Assembly (NCBI GenBank): GCA_964016885.1
Contig: OZ024745.1
Location: forward strand, 30,070,001-30,134,000
Direction of reading: 5' to 3'
Length of the DNA: 64,000 bases
Source: Eledone cirrhosa
Taxonomy: Eukaryota
Part shown: in pieces, positions 41,240 through 54,972 of the stretch
How the letters are laid out: every line of letters starts with the position of its first letter
Position numbering within the stretch: the stretch's first letter is position 1
The notes under the pieces: model-generated
What the model saw: only the letters and a program-made list of their open reading frames with translations
What the model was told of the DNA's origin: nothing
Databases searched by the model: none
Position numbers and translations under genes: made by a program

Positions 41240-41880
41240 ATTTTATTTATTTATTAACCTTTTTTTTAAAAACTCATTTAATATAATGGTTACAGAACGA
41301 AAACACTAACAAATATGATATATACAAAGGAAAGGGAAAAAATACACAAGCAGGTAATACACATCTTATGCCACAGAACAATATGCAGGTGAAAGAGTGA
41401 GAAAACGAGCCGCTACCAGAACAAAAGATAGCAATATAGCGAGGAGCACTGGGAAACCTCTCTAATAATTTTTGAGGCAAGCCAGCACGCTCGCAGCATT
41501 ACCTGGGGTGATGGCGAGGCTCAGGTACTGGAACAACCAAGTGCTCTCACAAGCATCACCAGTTACCTCTGTTTGGCGAGCCGCCAGAGAAGATAAGAAC
41601 CTCGCTGTCAGTAGCCCGACTCCCCCAAACGTCTCAAACGCCACAGCCTGGATAATGTAGTTAGCTGACAGAACACGGTATTTTAGGATTTTGTTCCGTT
41701 CAGCTGTAGATGCTGTAGCTCTCGCCCTTAACGCTGGATCCAGAATGTGGGAAGAAGCAAAAGAGTCACTGACTGTGACGTCCCAGGTAAGGCACCTGCC
41801 TCTTGACCAGGAGCACAGAGTAAGACCGTCAAGTCTTTTTCCATCAATCAGAAAAACCCAGAGGTTCCAAAATTAAGGGG
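41240..41880 (-). mobile_element. 3' end of a CRE/R2-superfamily non-LTR element (restriction-like endonuclease)
   Basis: Minus strand reads KRLDGLT...LTWDVTV...KILKY...AFETFG...LSLAI..GNA; A-rich tail. Confidence 0.7.
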
Positions 41881-42109
41881 ATGTTTGCCCGGGCCAAAGC
41901 TCTTGAGTGGTAATAGGACAGTGTATGTGTGCGCGCGTGAGTTTGTCAGCGTTCTTAAATTAGAGACACGTGTGTGTGTCACTGTTTTTAAATTAGACAT
42001 ATATATGTGTGTATCCCTTTCCTTCCTTTTACACACACATACATTCACACAAACACACATACACATTGCGTGATGGACGGGTGGTCAGAAGTCCCTCAAA
42101 TTTATATAC

Positions 42110-42700
42110 ATGTGAATGGAGTTCTACTGAAGCAGTTAGAGAAGTTCAAGTATCTTGGAGCCGTGTTCATGAGTGATGGAATGCAGGAGGCTGAATTGAG
42201 TGCAAGAATTGCAAAAGCTGATGCAGTAAAGCACCAGCCTCAGCATTCAGCAATCAGGTGTAAAAGCCAAACCCGCTGTCTTCCTGGTATTCCTGCCAAC
42301 TCTTACCGAGGATCATGAATCTTGAGTAATGACCAAAAGAATACAATTACAAATAAAAGCGGCAGAAATGGGATTCCTCCGAAGGATACTTGATAAAGTA
42401 CATAGCTCAGACACCAGAGAGTCACTTCTGATAGAGCTGCTACTTCTCCGAATTGAGAGATCACAACTCTGATATTATGAGCATGTGGTTAGAATGTCTC
42501 AGTAAAGAATCGCTTAACACATTTTACGGCAAGAGACCCAGAGGTAGACCCTGAGCAAGATAGTTGGATAACATCCATGAGCATGGCTGGTCACGCTTTA
42601 CGATCCAGCTGGATCAGTTAGAGATGTTTGCTACTGATGAGACTCGCTGGAAGGAGTGTTTGAGAAGGACTCTGCCCCCACGACCAGAAATAAGTGGGTG
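42110..42700 (+). mobile_element. Degenerate RTE LINE 3' fragment
   Basis: LEKFKYLG...ARIAKA and RPRGRP remnants. Confidence 0.65.
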
Positions 42701-42916
42701 AAGATATTGTCAATTTACTTTTCAATTTAAATATATCTATATGCATATATATTTGTGTATAATACCGATATGCACACTACACATACTAGTAGAAAACCGC
42801 CCGAACGGTGATAGAAAACCGCCTGCTGGTGATAGTAATGATGAGGATATATGTATATGTATGTATATATATATATATATATATATATACAAACACACAA
42901 ATTATATTAAACATAC

Positions 42917-42964
42917 CTTTTTCTTTTGTCATCTCTTCTTTTATTGCTGTCACAGCTATGACTT
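42917..42964 (-). CDS. Micro-exon H2, 48 nt, EVIAVTAIKEEMTKEK
   Basis: tcag|...|gtatgt, open frame. Confidence 0.85.
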
Positions 42965-43732
42965 CTGATGTTAAAAAAATTAACACAATGTCTTACATAT
43001 CATTTGAAACAACATAACACATTGACATTATATATTTCTACTACATTGTACTTGCTTTTTGAAACTTATCAGTCATTTATTACATATCTCACAGTAAGTA
43101 TATTAACTATACTACTACTATATATATGAGTATATACATTGTATATATGGATTGAAAAAGTAGCAGGAGAAATGAAATATTTGGAACGAATGATCAAAGA
43201 ATGAAGTTTCCTCTTCAGCCACCCATGGGCAATGCAATTTCATGCCAAAAGTGTTATTTCATAATATTGAGCCCAGATTGCATAACAGCTTAGAGCAAGC
43301 CACTGGAAAGATGTATATGAGACAATACAGCATAGAAAGAGAGGACAACATATACATATATCTTCTGTTATGTGGTAGTGCTGGTGCCATGAAAAATGGC
43401 ATCCAGTCAATCATGTAAATGTCAGTACTGGTGCTATGACAAAAAAACACTCAGTTCATTCTATAAGATCAAACAGTCAGAGTCATGATAAAATGATACT
43501 GGTATACATCGTTAGCTAGTTGATAATAGGGAGGGCATCCAGCTTTAAAAACATTGTCAGAATGGAACATATGAGCAAAAGACAGGCATCTGATCTGCCT
43601 AACCAGCCTCAGAAGGTGACAGGAAATCTAGCCCTTGCAAATATAGAAAATAGACATAAAATGATAATGGTAATAATGATAAAGATATATATATATATGT
43701 ATGTATATATATACACATTATATTCAACATAC

Positions 43733-43783
43733 CGTCTTCAAGTGTCAGCATTTCTCCTTTTTTCAAAGTAGCAATTAGGTTTT
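43733..43783 (-). CDS. Micro-exon I2, 51 nt, ENLIATLKKGEMLTLED
   Basis: ttag|...|gtatgt, open frame; a LINE is inserted ~37 nt upstream of the acceptor. Confidence 0.8.
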
Positions 43784-43820
43784 CTAATGTTAAAGAAAAA
43801 AATTAACAGAATGGCTTACA

Positions 43821-44988
43821 ATAATAATAATAATAATAATAATAATGAAATTATTGTGTACAGTGCTCAGGTGCACTACAACTCATCAAAGGTGCATGTA
43901 TAGTACATAGAATAATGTACAAATGTCAGGAAAATAAACAGTGTATGAGTCATGATATAATAACAATAACAATAATGAAATATTGTGCACAGTGCCCAGG
44001 TGCACCACAACCCATCAAAAAAGTGCATGTACAGTACATAGGGCAATGTACAAACATCAGTAAAATGAACAGTGCACACATGTGTGCATGTGTATGGAAG
44101 GGGCACATCAGGTGTAGTTTTGGCGTATTTCGGGAAGCATGAGTGTCTTAAAGGATGCAGTGTCTCGGCAGCTAACAATTGACGCAGGCAGTTTGTTCCA
44201 TGTTTCAGCAACTCTGAGCGTGAAAAAATGTCTGCGAAAGTCATGGGAGCTGTGCTGTTTTCTTATCTTGTAGGCATGTCCACGTGTGTTAGATACATGG
44301 AGATCAAAGAGGCGCTCAGGGTTGCAGTTGGCGAGATGGTTAAAAACTTTGTGGGTATTCACCAAGTCCACTGCCAGACGTCGGAGCTTCAATGAATCCA
44401 TGCCCAGGGAAGCAAGGCGTTCAGAGTATGGTAGGTGTCTGATGGAGGGTATGCGCTTGGTTGCACGTCTCTGAACAGTTTCCAGGAGGTCAATGTTCCG
44501 AGCAAGATAGGGGTTCCAGACTGATGATGCGAATTCCAAGTGTGGTCGCACCATAGCTGTATACAGTTTTAAATAGATGGCTGGAGAGCGGCTAACAAAG
44601 GTCTTGCTGAGTGATGCCAAGACACCCTCGGCCTTCTTGACAATCTTAGAGACATGCTTTGTCCAACGCAAATCGTTGCTGACAGTAATGCCCAGGTCAC
44701 GTTCACAAGAGGACTTTTTGATGTCAGTGTTGTGGAGGGAGTATGTGGACGCTGGATTTTTCCTTCCAAAATGCATGGTGGTACACTTGTCCACAGCCAG
44801 CTTCAGTTGCCAGTCTGTGATCCATTGCTGCATTGTGTCCAGGTCTGATTGTAGGAAAGAGTTGTAAATTTCAGGATCAGTCCTTTTGATTTCAAGGTAC
44901 AGCTTGATGTCATCTGCATATTTTAGTACCGTGGCATTCTGTAAGTTGGCATCTATGTCATTAATATATGCCACAAACAAAAGAGGAC
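43821..44988 (-). mobile_element. 5'-truncated CR1/L2-group LINE, intact ORF end, (TTA)n tail
   Basis: YINDI, KYADDIKLY, RDLGI, VRPHLEFASSVWNP, LETVQRRATK, WNKLP; splits the conserved block upstream of exon I2. Confidence 0.9.
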
Positions 44989-45229
44989 ATTTCATTAGAA
45001 ACAATATATTACATTGACTTTCCCTTCCTCATATTATATATATATATATATATAGTTGTTATATAGTAAGGTGTATTATTGGTTGTGTCATACTGTCCAA
45101 TAAACTTTTGTTAGCAATATTAAGTTCTCCATGCTTTTGTATATCTCCAATTCCATTTATGGGAACAGCTAGATGATGTAAAACGGAGTATTTGTATCAA
45201 AATAAAGATCTGAAGGCATGGTATAAATT

Positions 45230-45308
45230 CCGTAACTCTTTGCTGCAAAACATGGTGTCAGACCCTCTACCTATACTGTCAATCCACCAATAATAATTAC
45301 ATATATAA

Positions 45309-45349
<41 letters not shown>

Positions 45350-46664
45350 TATATTATATTATATTATATTATATTATATTATATTATATTATGATTGAGA
45401 AAAACTCTCTTTATGGGAGTACAAACAAGATAGACACAAAAAATATTCTCTCTATATTCATATTATATATATACTTCAGCTTCAGTCTGTGGGAAGGGGG
45501 GATCTTCTGTATTATTGCATAACGACTGTTATGTTGCTGCACCAGAATAACACCAGAGGTCTCTGTCATCGTCTTCAAGGGGTGCAATTGGGTATGGTCA
45601 GGATCCAAATGCTGCTGAGGGCAACTTTTCTTTTCATCTTGCCAGAGGAAATTATCCTTCCTCTATAACTCTTTTTCACATCCTTTCTCTCATGCTCTCT
45701 CTCCTTCTCTCTCTCCTTCTCTGGAAGAACATTCTATATTCAGATCTAGAGAAGGGATGGGCTCCACCAGGTTTAAACAAAATGCCCCAGAAATGCTGTG
45801 TCACTATAAGATCTTTACAATTCTACCAGGAGTATGGGACCATATATATATATATCAAAATAAAGATCTGAAGGCATGGTTTAAATTTCCAATCATTTTA
45901 ATCATGACACCTGTTTCAATAAGAAATAGATCGATCGTGCGGCCATGATCGATTATCACTGATCTCGTCAGGTGAAAATGAATTGTCTTCAAATCATTGA
46001 TATGAGGGAGAAAATTTAACGATGTTCACTCACTAAAGTTTTGTCCCCCATATTTTCACCTGACGAGATCAGTGATAATCGATCATGGCCGCACGATCGA
46101 TCTATTTCTTATTGAAACAGGTGTCATGATTAAAATGATTGGAAATTTAAACCATGCCTTCAGATCTTTATTTTGATATATATATATATGGTCCCATACT
46201 CCTGGTAGAATTGTAAAGATCTTATAGTGACACAGCATTTCTGGGGCATTTTGTTTAAACCTGGTGGAGCCCATCCCTTCTCTAGATCTGAATATAGAAT
46301 GTTCTTCCAGAGAAGGAGAGAGAGAAGGAGAGAGAGCATGAGAGAAAGGATGTGAAAAAGAGTTATAGAGGAAGGATAATTTCCTCTGGCAAGATGAAAA
46401 GAAAAGTTGCCCTCAGCAGCATTTGGATTCTGACCATACCCAATTGCACCCCTTGAAGACGATGACAGAGACCTCTGGTGTTATTCTGGTGCAGCAACAT
46501 AACAGTCGTTATGCAATAATACAGAAGATCCCCCCTTCCCACAGACTGAAGCTGAAGTATATATATAGTATGAATATAGAGAGAATATTTTTTGTGTCTA
46601 TCTTGTTTGTACTCCCATAAAGAGAGTTTTTCTCAATCATAATATAATATAATATAATATAATA

Positions 46665-46698
<34 letters not shown>

Positions 46699-46777
46699 TT
46701 ATATATGTAATTATTATTGGTGGATTGACAGTATAGGTAGAGGGTCTGACACCATGATTTGCAGCAAAGAGTTACGG
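45230..46777. repeat. Long inverted duplication (arms 45230-45979 and 46052-46777, 72-bp spacer)
   Basis: Arms are near-perfect reverse complements; identical ORFs 45757-45948(+) and 46083-46274(-). Confidence 0.92.
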
Positions 46778-47523
46778 CCCTTTCAAAGAGTTATGGCTGA
46801 GGTTAATTTTGCCTTTCATCCTTACGGGGTCGATAAAATAACGTACCGGTAATGTACTGGGTAATCACTGGCCTTGAGCCAAAAGTAGAAACATCATGAT
46901 CATCCATCATCATCATCGTTTAATGTCTATCTTCCACGCTAGCATGGGTTACTATTATTATCATTGTTATTAAAGATGTGTTTCTTAAGAGTTAGAGAGT
47001 TGAATTCACAATTGTGAGTATGATATGTTGTGTTCTTGGGTGAAATATTTTAATTCATGTTGCTCCAGTTCACTCATTTGTAGAAATTAGTTGCAATGTC
47101 ACTAGTGCCAACATGTATTGGCCTTTGCCTTTCTCTTGGACAACATTGGTGGAATGGAGAGGGGAGACTTATATGCATGGGAAATTGTTTGTCTTCCACA
47201 TAAACACCATACCCAGGATGGTTCCTTGGAGGGGAAGTTTCTAGGTACAACTCTCATAGTCATTCATGATAGAAGGGGCTCTTTACCCTTTTTATATATC
47301 TATGTATGCATATAGTAAATTTCACAAGAAAAGTAGGAAATGTGCAGGATGAATGTCTTCCTCTCCAGCCATCCCCTGGGCAATGCAATTTCGTACCAAA
47401 GGTTGGTATTGCATAATATTGAGATATATAGGTTGCACTGCATATGAGACAACACAACATAGACAAAGAGGAGAACATAAATATATATGTATATATAAAC
47501 CACAATTGAATATGTAATTGAAT

Positions 47524-48664
47524 ACATAAAAGACGTAGTGGGATCACAGGTAAACTATCTAAGAATGCAGACTTTATATGTGGCTAATGCTCAGGTGCAA
47601 TAAGTAGCAGGTGTCCACAGGATACTAGCTCCTTCTATTGCCCAGATGGTTCTATAGAAATAGTAGACACTTTTCGTTACTTAAGTGACAAAATCAGCAG
47701 TGGTGGAGGGTGCTCTGAAAGTACGGTAGCTAGAGTCAGAATGGTATGGAAAAAGTTCAGAGAGCTTATACCGCTGTTGGCCACAAAAGGTTTCTCTCTA
47801 AAAATGAAAGGCAGATTGTATGATGCCTGTATACGAACAGCAATGCTACATGGCAGTGAGACATGGGCATTGCGTGCAGAGGACCTACACAGACTGGAAA
47901 GGAACGAAGCATGCATGCTCCGTTGGATGTGTAATAGTAATATACATGAACGGAAAAGCATAAATGAACTAAGTAAGAAATTAGGAATAAGAGGGATCAG
48001 ATGCTGTTTACTCGAGAGAAGACTACGTTGGTATGGTCACGTGATGCGCATGAAAGATGACAGCTACATAAAAAAGTGCAGGGCGATCAAAATTGATGGT
48101 AGTTACGGAGTAGGTAGACCCAGAAAAACCTGGGACGATCTGATAAATTCCGACCTTAGACACTTGCACTTCTCTAAGACAATGTCACTGGACCGAGATC
48201 TTTGGCACTACGCAGTAATACAGAAGACCTGCCTTGCCTATGTACAAAGCGAAACCTACAGTCAGTAGGCACCTCCTATCCAAATATACACCCCAATCCA
48301 CTACCCCTACCCTATCCTTCCACTCCCACCAACACCACCCTCTCTCTGTAAACTTGGTACCACAACATCCAGTCCAAATAAATGAGATAATGAGATCGAG
48401 ATCATGTATGTGTCTCGACAAAAAAAACCAAAAAAATTACTCACAGTCCACTCTGTAATGTGGTCGTGTAGGTAACATGGTAAAATGTTCCCAGTTCCAC
48501 ACTGTAAATGTGGTTGGTATTAGGAAGGGCATCCGGCCGTAGAAAGCCTGCCAGATAGTCCTATATGAGCGAGACACGATCACCAATCCAACCTTGCCTC
48601 AAGTGGCACCACTCCCGTCTAACCGATGCTAGTGTGGAAGATGGACGTTAAACGATGATGATGG
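47524..48664 (+). mobile_element. 5'-truncated RTE LINE, same family as 32150-36107
   Basis: ORF 47741-48268 homologous to 35226-35720; (GAT)n tail. Confidence 0.88.
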
Positions 48665-49348
48665 TGAATTGTACCTTATTAGACAATAGTGATCTGTAGA
48701 TGGGAAAAACCAGTTTACACACATCTGTAAACAAACCTATATATTTACAACCACACATACACACTACAAGTTTAAAGGAAAAATATCATAACCTCAAGGA
48801 AACCTCTACAAACCTTTTCCTTCCTTTCTTCCCCCTGTTCTCTTTTTTCCTTGAAATCCTGCAGAAACCAATTCTTTGACACATTTTATTCCCCCCACCC
48901 CAAGGATTCCCTTCAATCATGTTTATACATATTTGTATTTTTATTTTACTTCGCTTCTTTCTTTTCTTGCCTTTATCTACAAACCCTAAAAACATACATG
49001 ATAGAAACCTACATACATACACAGGTACACACCACAAGACAAAAGAAAAGCTGTTTATTCCCTCTTAGATATTTTTAGTTATTTTTACAAATCCTGAAAA
49101 TAACTTGACTTTTTGACACATTAAAACCCCACCTAAATGCACACTCACACTCACACATTAGAGAACAAAGAATTACCATCTAGACCATTTTTATGAATAG
49201 AAAAGGAATTTTCTATTTAAACCAAGATAATTTTCTATTGAATCAATTGGATCCTGATCTGTGGAACCCCACTTCCTTGATCACAACTCCACTTTCACAA
49301 AGAACATTTATATATGAAATTTTGACAATAGATTCACATATGTTCCAA

Positions 49349-49572
49349 TCATCATCATCATCGTTTAACATCCGTGTTCCACGCTTGCATGGGTTTGGAT
49401 GGGGGTTTTCCCACTTGAGGCAAGAGTGATTGTCTTGCTCGCATAGGACTGTCTGGCGGGTTTTCTACAGCTGGATGCCCTTCCTAACACCAACCACATT
49501 TACAGTGTGGGGCTGGGAGGTTTTTACCGTGTTGCCTACACGGCCACATTACAGCGTGGACTGTCTGGCGGG
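49349..49572 (-). mobile_element. Short RTE 3' UTR insertion
   Basis: Reverse complement of ~35890-36105; absent at the equivalent unit 1 site (~3673). Confidence 0.8.
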
Positions 49573-50089
49573 GCTGTCCACAAAATGAGAACAAACTTTT
49601 TATTTATTATATGACAAAATTGACATTCCAATCAAAACCAGTAATATTTGACAAAATTAAATCCATAAAAATATTCATTCTGTCAGATTAAACTGTTAAT
49701 GCTGGTGCCATGATAAATGGCAACCAGTCCACTGGGTGCTGTGACAAAAACTCACCCTCTCCTCACTGTACGGAGTTTGAACTGGTGCCATGACAAAAAA
49801 GCACCTAGTTCGCTCGGTTAGATGATACTGCCAGAGTCATGATAAAATGCTTCTGGTACCTGCATATCTAGTTGATATTAAGGAGAGCATCTGGCTTTAA
49901 AAACAATGCCAGATTGGAATGTATGAGCAAAAAACAGTCATCTGATATTCCTAGCCAGCCTGAGAAGGTGACAACTAACACATTTAAGTATATAAAAATA
50001 GACATATAATGATAATAATAAGGATATATATATATACATATATATATATATACACACACACATAAATATATAAATTATATTAAACATAC

Positions 50090-50140
50090 CATCTTCAGGT
50101 GTCAGTTCGACTTTTTTTCTTGAAGCAGCAAGTTTTATTG
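50090..50140 (-). CDS. Micro-exon A3, 51 nt, AIKLAASRKKVELTPED
   Basis: ttag|...|gtatgt, open frame. Confidence 0.85.
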
Positions 50141-52038
50141 CTAAAGTTAAAACAATAAAATGGCTTAAATATCATTTGACACAATATATTACATTGAATT
50201 TAGCCTTCATTTTATTATGTATATTTATAGATCATTGATTTGCCTTTCATTTTTAGGGGGTCGATAACATAAAGTCCCTGTGATGCACTGAGGTTGATTT
50301 AACCGATGTTCAACTCCTCCAAATTTATTTGTGTCTAAATCAGAAAATATTACGTATGGACCCATAACTCCTGATAGATTCATAGTTACAAAGTTTCTTG
50401 AGCATTTTATTTAGATCTGGTGGAGCCCAACCCCTCTCAAGGTCTGAATAAGTTTAATTTCTTCCAGAGAAAGGGAAGAGTGATAGAGAGGAAGTGAGAA
50501 AGAGATATTGAGAAAATAAACACTAGTATTTATCAACTACGAAAGGATGAATCGCAGAGTAGACCCTGGTAGGATTTGAACTTAGATCATAGAGAATCAG
50601 AAGAAATCCTGCAAACTATTTTATCGAACATTCTAACAACTCTGCCAATTTGTTGCCTATGTTACGCTTATTATTAAAAATCAAAATCTTTGAATATATT
50701 TTTAAATCTGTGTTTCTCAATATTTATTTCCTGCCAATATTCTATGATTTGTGTGGAAGTTTACCCCACTACAGTGAAGTGCTTTCTGGATATCATTTCC
50801 TGTCCACCCTACCCTACTATCATACCTTACAGTACCAACTTGGTGGGTGGGTTTTCTACATCCCCTTCCTCCCTGTGTACTCTCCACCACTATAGTATAT
50901 GAAATTTTACTGGAAACATTATTTAGGGTACAAAAGACTTAGCGAAGGGTTGTGGCTACTACTGACTCAGGTATGGGGGATGACTACATACATTTGTGTG
51001 ACAAATGAACAACAGAATATAAAACATGTAAGAGCTTGACATACATGTAAATCCCCAGAGAATCACCAAACAGTTGGGTGGCCCTCCTACCCTTAAAACC
51101 CAGGAAAAGAAAAGACAGCCCTGCAGCTTTCTTCCCATCAAGCATGAGACCTAAGATGTGCCACATTGAATGTTGGAACAATGAGGTAAGTGTAGAGGGA
51201 TTGTGGAAATGTTAGAGAGGTGAAAAGTAGATGTGTGCTGTGTGCAAGAAGTGGAGGGGAAGTTCAACCAGATTCATTACAGGCAAGGAACACAGGTTCA
51301 AATTCTTCTGGATGAGTGGCAAAAACAGGGTGGGCAAAGCTGGAATACTCCTTGCTTAGAGATGGGTAGACTAGGTAATTGAGGTAGTTTGGGAGAGTGA
51401 TAGAATAATTAAACGTAGACTAGCCCTGGGCAATACTACAGCCACTATACTATCTACAGATGACCTACAAGATGGACATGCTGATGAACAAAATGATCAT
51501 TTCTAGGAGGACCTCCTGCAGATTACCTCAATGACAGAGGACTTTGATCTTCTGATTGTAGTTGGAAACTTCAATTGACATGTTGGGAAACATCAGGATG
51601 GATTTCTTGGCATACACAGAGGCTATGCATATGGCACAAGAAACGAGGAATGAACTAGGCCTCTAGAGTTCTGTAATGTCTTCACTTAATGATCTGTAAC
51701 ACAAAATTCAAGAAACCAACCAATCACCTGATTACCTACCAATCAGGGAGACATACAAATCAAATAGACTTCATTCTCACCAGGAGACAAGACAAGAGGT
51801 TGTAAATACCAAGTCTTTTCCTGGAAAGGAATGTACCTCTCAACATAGATTGTCTTGGAAGGGGGTGCAGTGCAGCTGCCAGTAATGTGTGTAGGGTGTG
51901 TGTGAAGTAGTAAAGTTGAGAATAACTGTTACGGAGTACTAGTGGAAGGGGGAATGTCAGGTCACATTGTAAGTTAAAGTCTCTCTCTTTCTCTCTATGT
52001 ATATATACACACAAATACATAAATTATATTAAACATAC

Positions 52039-52089
52039 CTTCTTTATGTGTCAGCACTTCTTTCTTTTCCAAATCAGCAAATAGTTTTT
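52039..52089 (-). CDS. Micro-exon B3, 51 nt, EKLFADLEKKEVLTHKE
   Basis: ttag|...|gtatgt, open frame. Confidence 0.85.
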
Positions 52090-53481
52090 CTAAAGATAAA
52101 ACAACAACATGGCTTCAATATCATTTTAAACAACATGTTACATTGATTTCCCCACTTAATGTTATTATGCACAAAGATCTTTAAATACATATTTAAACCT
52201 GTGTTTCTCAATTTCTATTTCCTGCCAATATTCTATGATTTGTGTATAAGTTTACCCAATTTTGGTGTAGTGTTTCCCAGACATCATTTCCTGCCCACCC
52301 TTCCCCACTATCATACCTTACAGTACCAACTTGGTGGGTGGGTTTTTTACATCCCCTTCCTCCCTGTGTACTCTCCACCACTATAGTATATGAAATTTTA
52401 CTGGAAACATTATTTAGGGTACAAAAGACTTAGTGAAGGGTTGTGGCTACTACTGACTCAGGTATGGGGGATGACTACATACATTTGTGTGACAAATAAA
52501 CAACAGAATATAAAACATGTAAGAGATTGACATGCATGTAAAATCCCCAGAGACATCTTTGACAACTGTATCATGGAATGTATGAACACTATTGGATTTC
52601 CCAAGCTCAAATCATCCTGAACATTGAACTGCCTTTATCTGTAAAGAGTTCCATTAATATCAATTGGATATTGCTGCTCTCTCTGAAACATGGCTATCTG
52701 AGGATGGTCAGATAGAGTAACCAGAATCAGGATACACATTCTACAATGGTTGCTCAGAAAATGAGCGTTTTGAAGCCGGAGTTGGTTTTGCTCTAAGAAC
52801 CTCTCTGGTGCAACATCTGCTGGAACTTCTGTATGGTATCTCCAATCAGATTATGACACTTAGGTTGCCACTTCACTTTCATCACAGTATCACTTGGGTC
52901 AGTGTGTATGCTCCAACTCTAGTAAGTCCCCAAGAAGAAATAGAGAAATTTTATATGGATCTGTGAATAGTTTTGAAAAATGTAAAGATGGAAGATAAAC
53001 CTGTAGTAATGGGTGATTTGAATGCTTATATTACATGTGACTTGACTAACTACATGGAGCAGCATAGGTCCTCATGGAATGGAAAAGTGTAATAGCAGTG
53101 GATTTCTTCTGCAGATGTACCAAGAATCCCATCCTGCTATGGAAAACATGGGAACATGTGGCAATATTGATAATATGTTAAGAGGAATTTGAAGTTGTGT
53201 GCAAGAGAGAAGACTGCATTGGTATGGACATGGGATGTGTGTGGATGATGATTGCTGGGTGAAGAAGTGCCTGGAAATCCCAGTGGAGGGGAGCCACAGT
53301 AGAGGTAGACATAGGAAGACCTGGACATGGGCCTAGGTGGTGAGGACTGATCCCAAATTGCTGAGACTCACAGAGGTGATGAGAAAGGAATACAGCAAGT
53401 GGAGAGTTGAAAAGAACCGTCCAACCCATGCAAGCATGGAAAAATAGACGTGATGATGATGATTAATTTTATGAAACATAC

Positions 53482-53532
53482 CTTCTTCAGCTGGCGATAA
53501 TCTTCCTACTTTTGCAGCAGCAAATAGTATTT
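53482..53532 (-). CDS. Micro-exon C3, 51 nt, EILFAAAKVGRLSPAEE
   Basis: ttag|...|gtatgt, open frame. Confidence 0.85.
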
Positions 53533-54820
53533 CTAATGAAAAAAAATAATAATGTCTTATATATCATTTGAAACAACATATTACATTGAGTTTCCACCTC
53601 ATTTTATTATATTATTGAGCTCAGAGTACAGAGAACTGGAATGAATACTGCAAAGCATTCTATTCAACATTCTAAAATCTCTGCCAATTTGACACCTATA
53701 TAGGTATGTATGTATATATATATTTATACATATAAAGTTATGTATATAATAATATATATGATAAAATTTTATCTGTATAAATTCTGTATTATACACCAAC
53801 ATGTATAAATATATACACATATCTGATATGTAAGCATGTAAACATGCCAGAAAATACAAATATCCAGATCCAGATCTAATTGGACTCTCATCAAAAGGTG
53901 TGTTTACCATCCAATCAACAAGAAAACATGCATTTGATGGGTGTATATACTCATTTGCTGTTAGTATTATTCAGAAATGGATGTTCTAATTTGCATATAA
54001 TTGCCATTCATGCTAGTAATATATATATTAGGAAGTGTGCTAGCAGCCGAAGTGTACAATAAAGTTATATCTGTATAAATACAGTATGTAACTGAGACTG
54101 CATCAATATAATAACTCCTCCCCCCTCTCATTTTTATTTTTATTTTTATTTGCAGTTTTTTCTTTTATTCTGTCTTTATTCAGATCTCCGAACTCTATTG
54201 TTGATGAAGGGCAAATGCCCAACACGTAGACTGTTTCACTCTCTTTTAAGCATGAAACTAATAAGACATAGTTAATGCATCCTTTTGTTTGTTTTTGTAT
54301 TCTTGATATATATATATAGTTAATTAATCAAATTAATTTCAGATTGAGTTGTTAAGCTGTTTCTAGCTTCATATGTCTTCTCATTAATAGCTATCAAGCA
54401 TGCGCATATGTAATCATTTTTGTTATTCAAAGGTTGTCAATGTTAGCAGTCGCTACTAAAGCTTGGGATTGGTGTGATATGGCAGGGTCTGTGCACATCT
54501 GTAAGTATTATTGTTAACCTTTGCGACCTTTGAATGACTGCGCCAATATTGCATGTGGGCACCTGATATGGAATTATTTGGTTGCTTATTTCAGTCAGTC
54601 TGACACTAGCAATACATGACCACATAAACTCTTCTCCGACGTTCCTTCAGTCTCCCTCTAATGATGGATGAGAAAGCCAAAATATAGGGGCTAATAAGGT
54701 AACTTCATCACTGGTTTTCATTTCATTTTACATTTCTTTTTCTTATTTCCTCCTGCATTGTAGAGGTTTCCCAAAACGACCATTTTTACTATTCCACAAT
54801 GCTTCAAGCAAACTTAAACA

Positions 54821-54892
<72 letters not shown>

Positions 54893-54921
54893 TATATATA
54901 TATAAATTGTTTTAAACATAC

Positions 54922-54972
54922 CTTCTTCAGCTGACAACAGTCCTTCTTTTTTTGCAGCCACAAGTAGGATTC
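54922..54972 (-). CDS. Micro-exon D3, 51 nt, GILLVAAKKEGLLSAEE
   Basis: ttag|...|gtatgt, open frame. Confidence 0.85.

Larger units (their letters stand above)
23671..47055. repeat. Higher-order tandem unit 2 (~23 kb; exons A2-I2)
   Basis: Same order of exons and intron blocks as unit 1, with unit-specific TE insertions and deletions. Confidence 0.9.
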
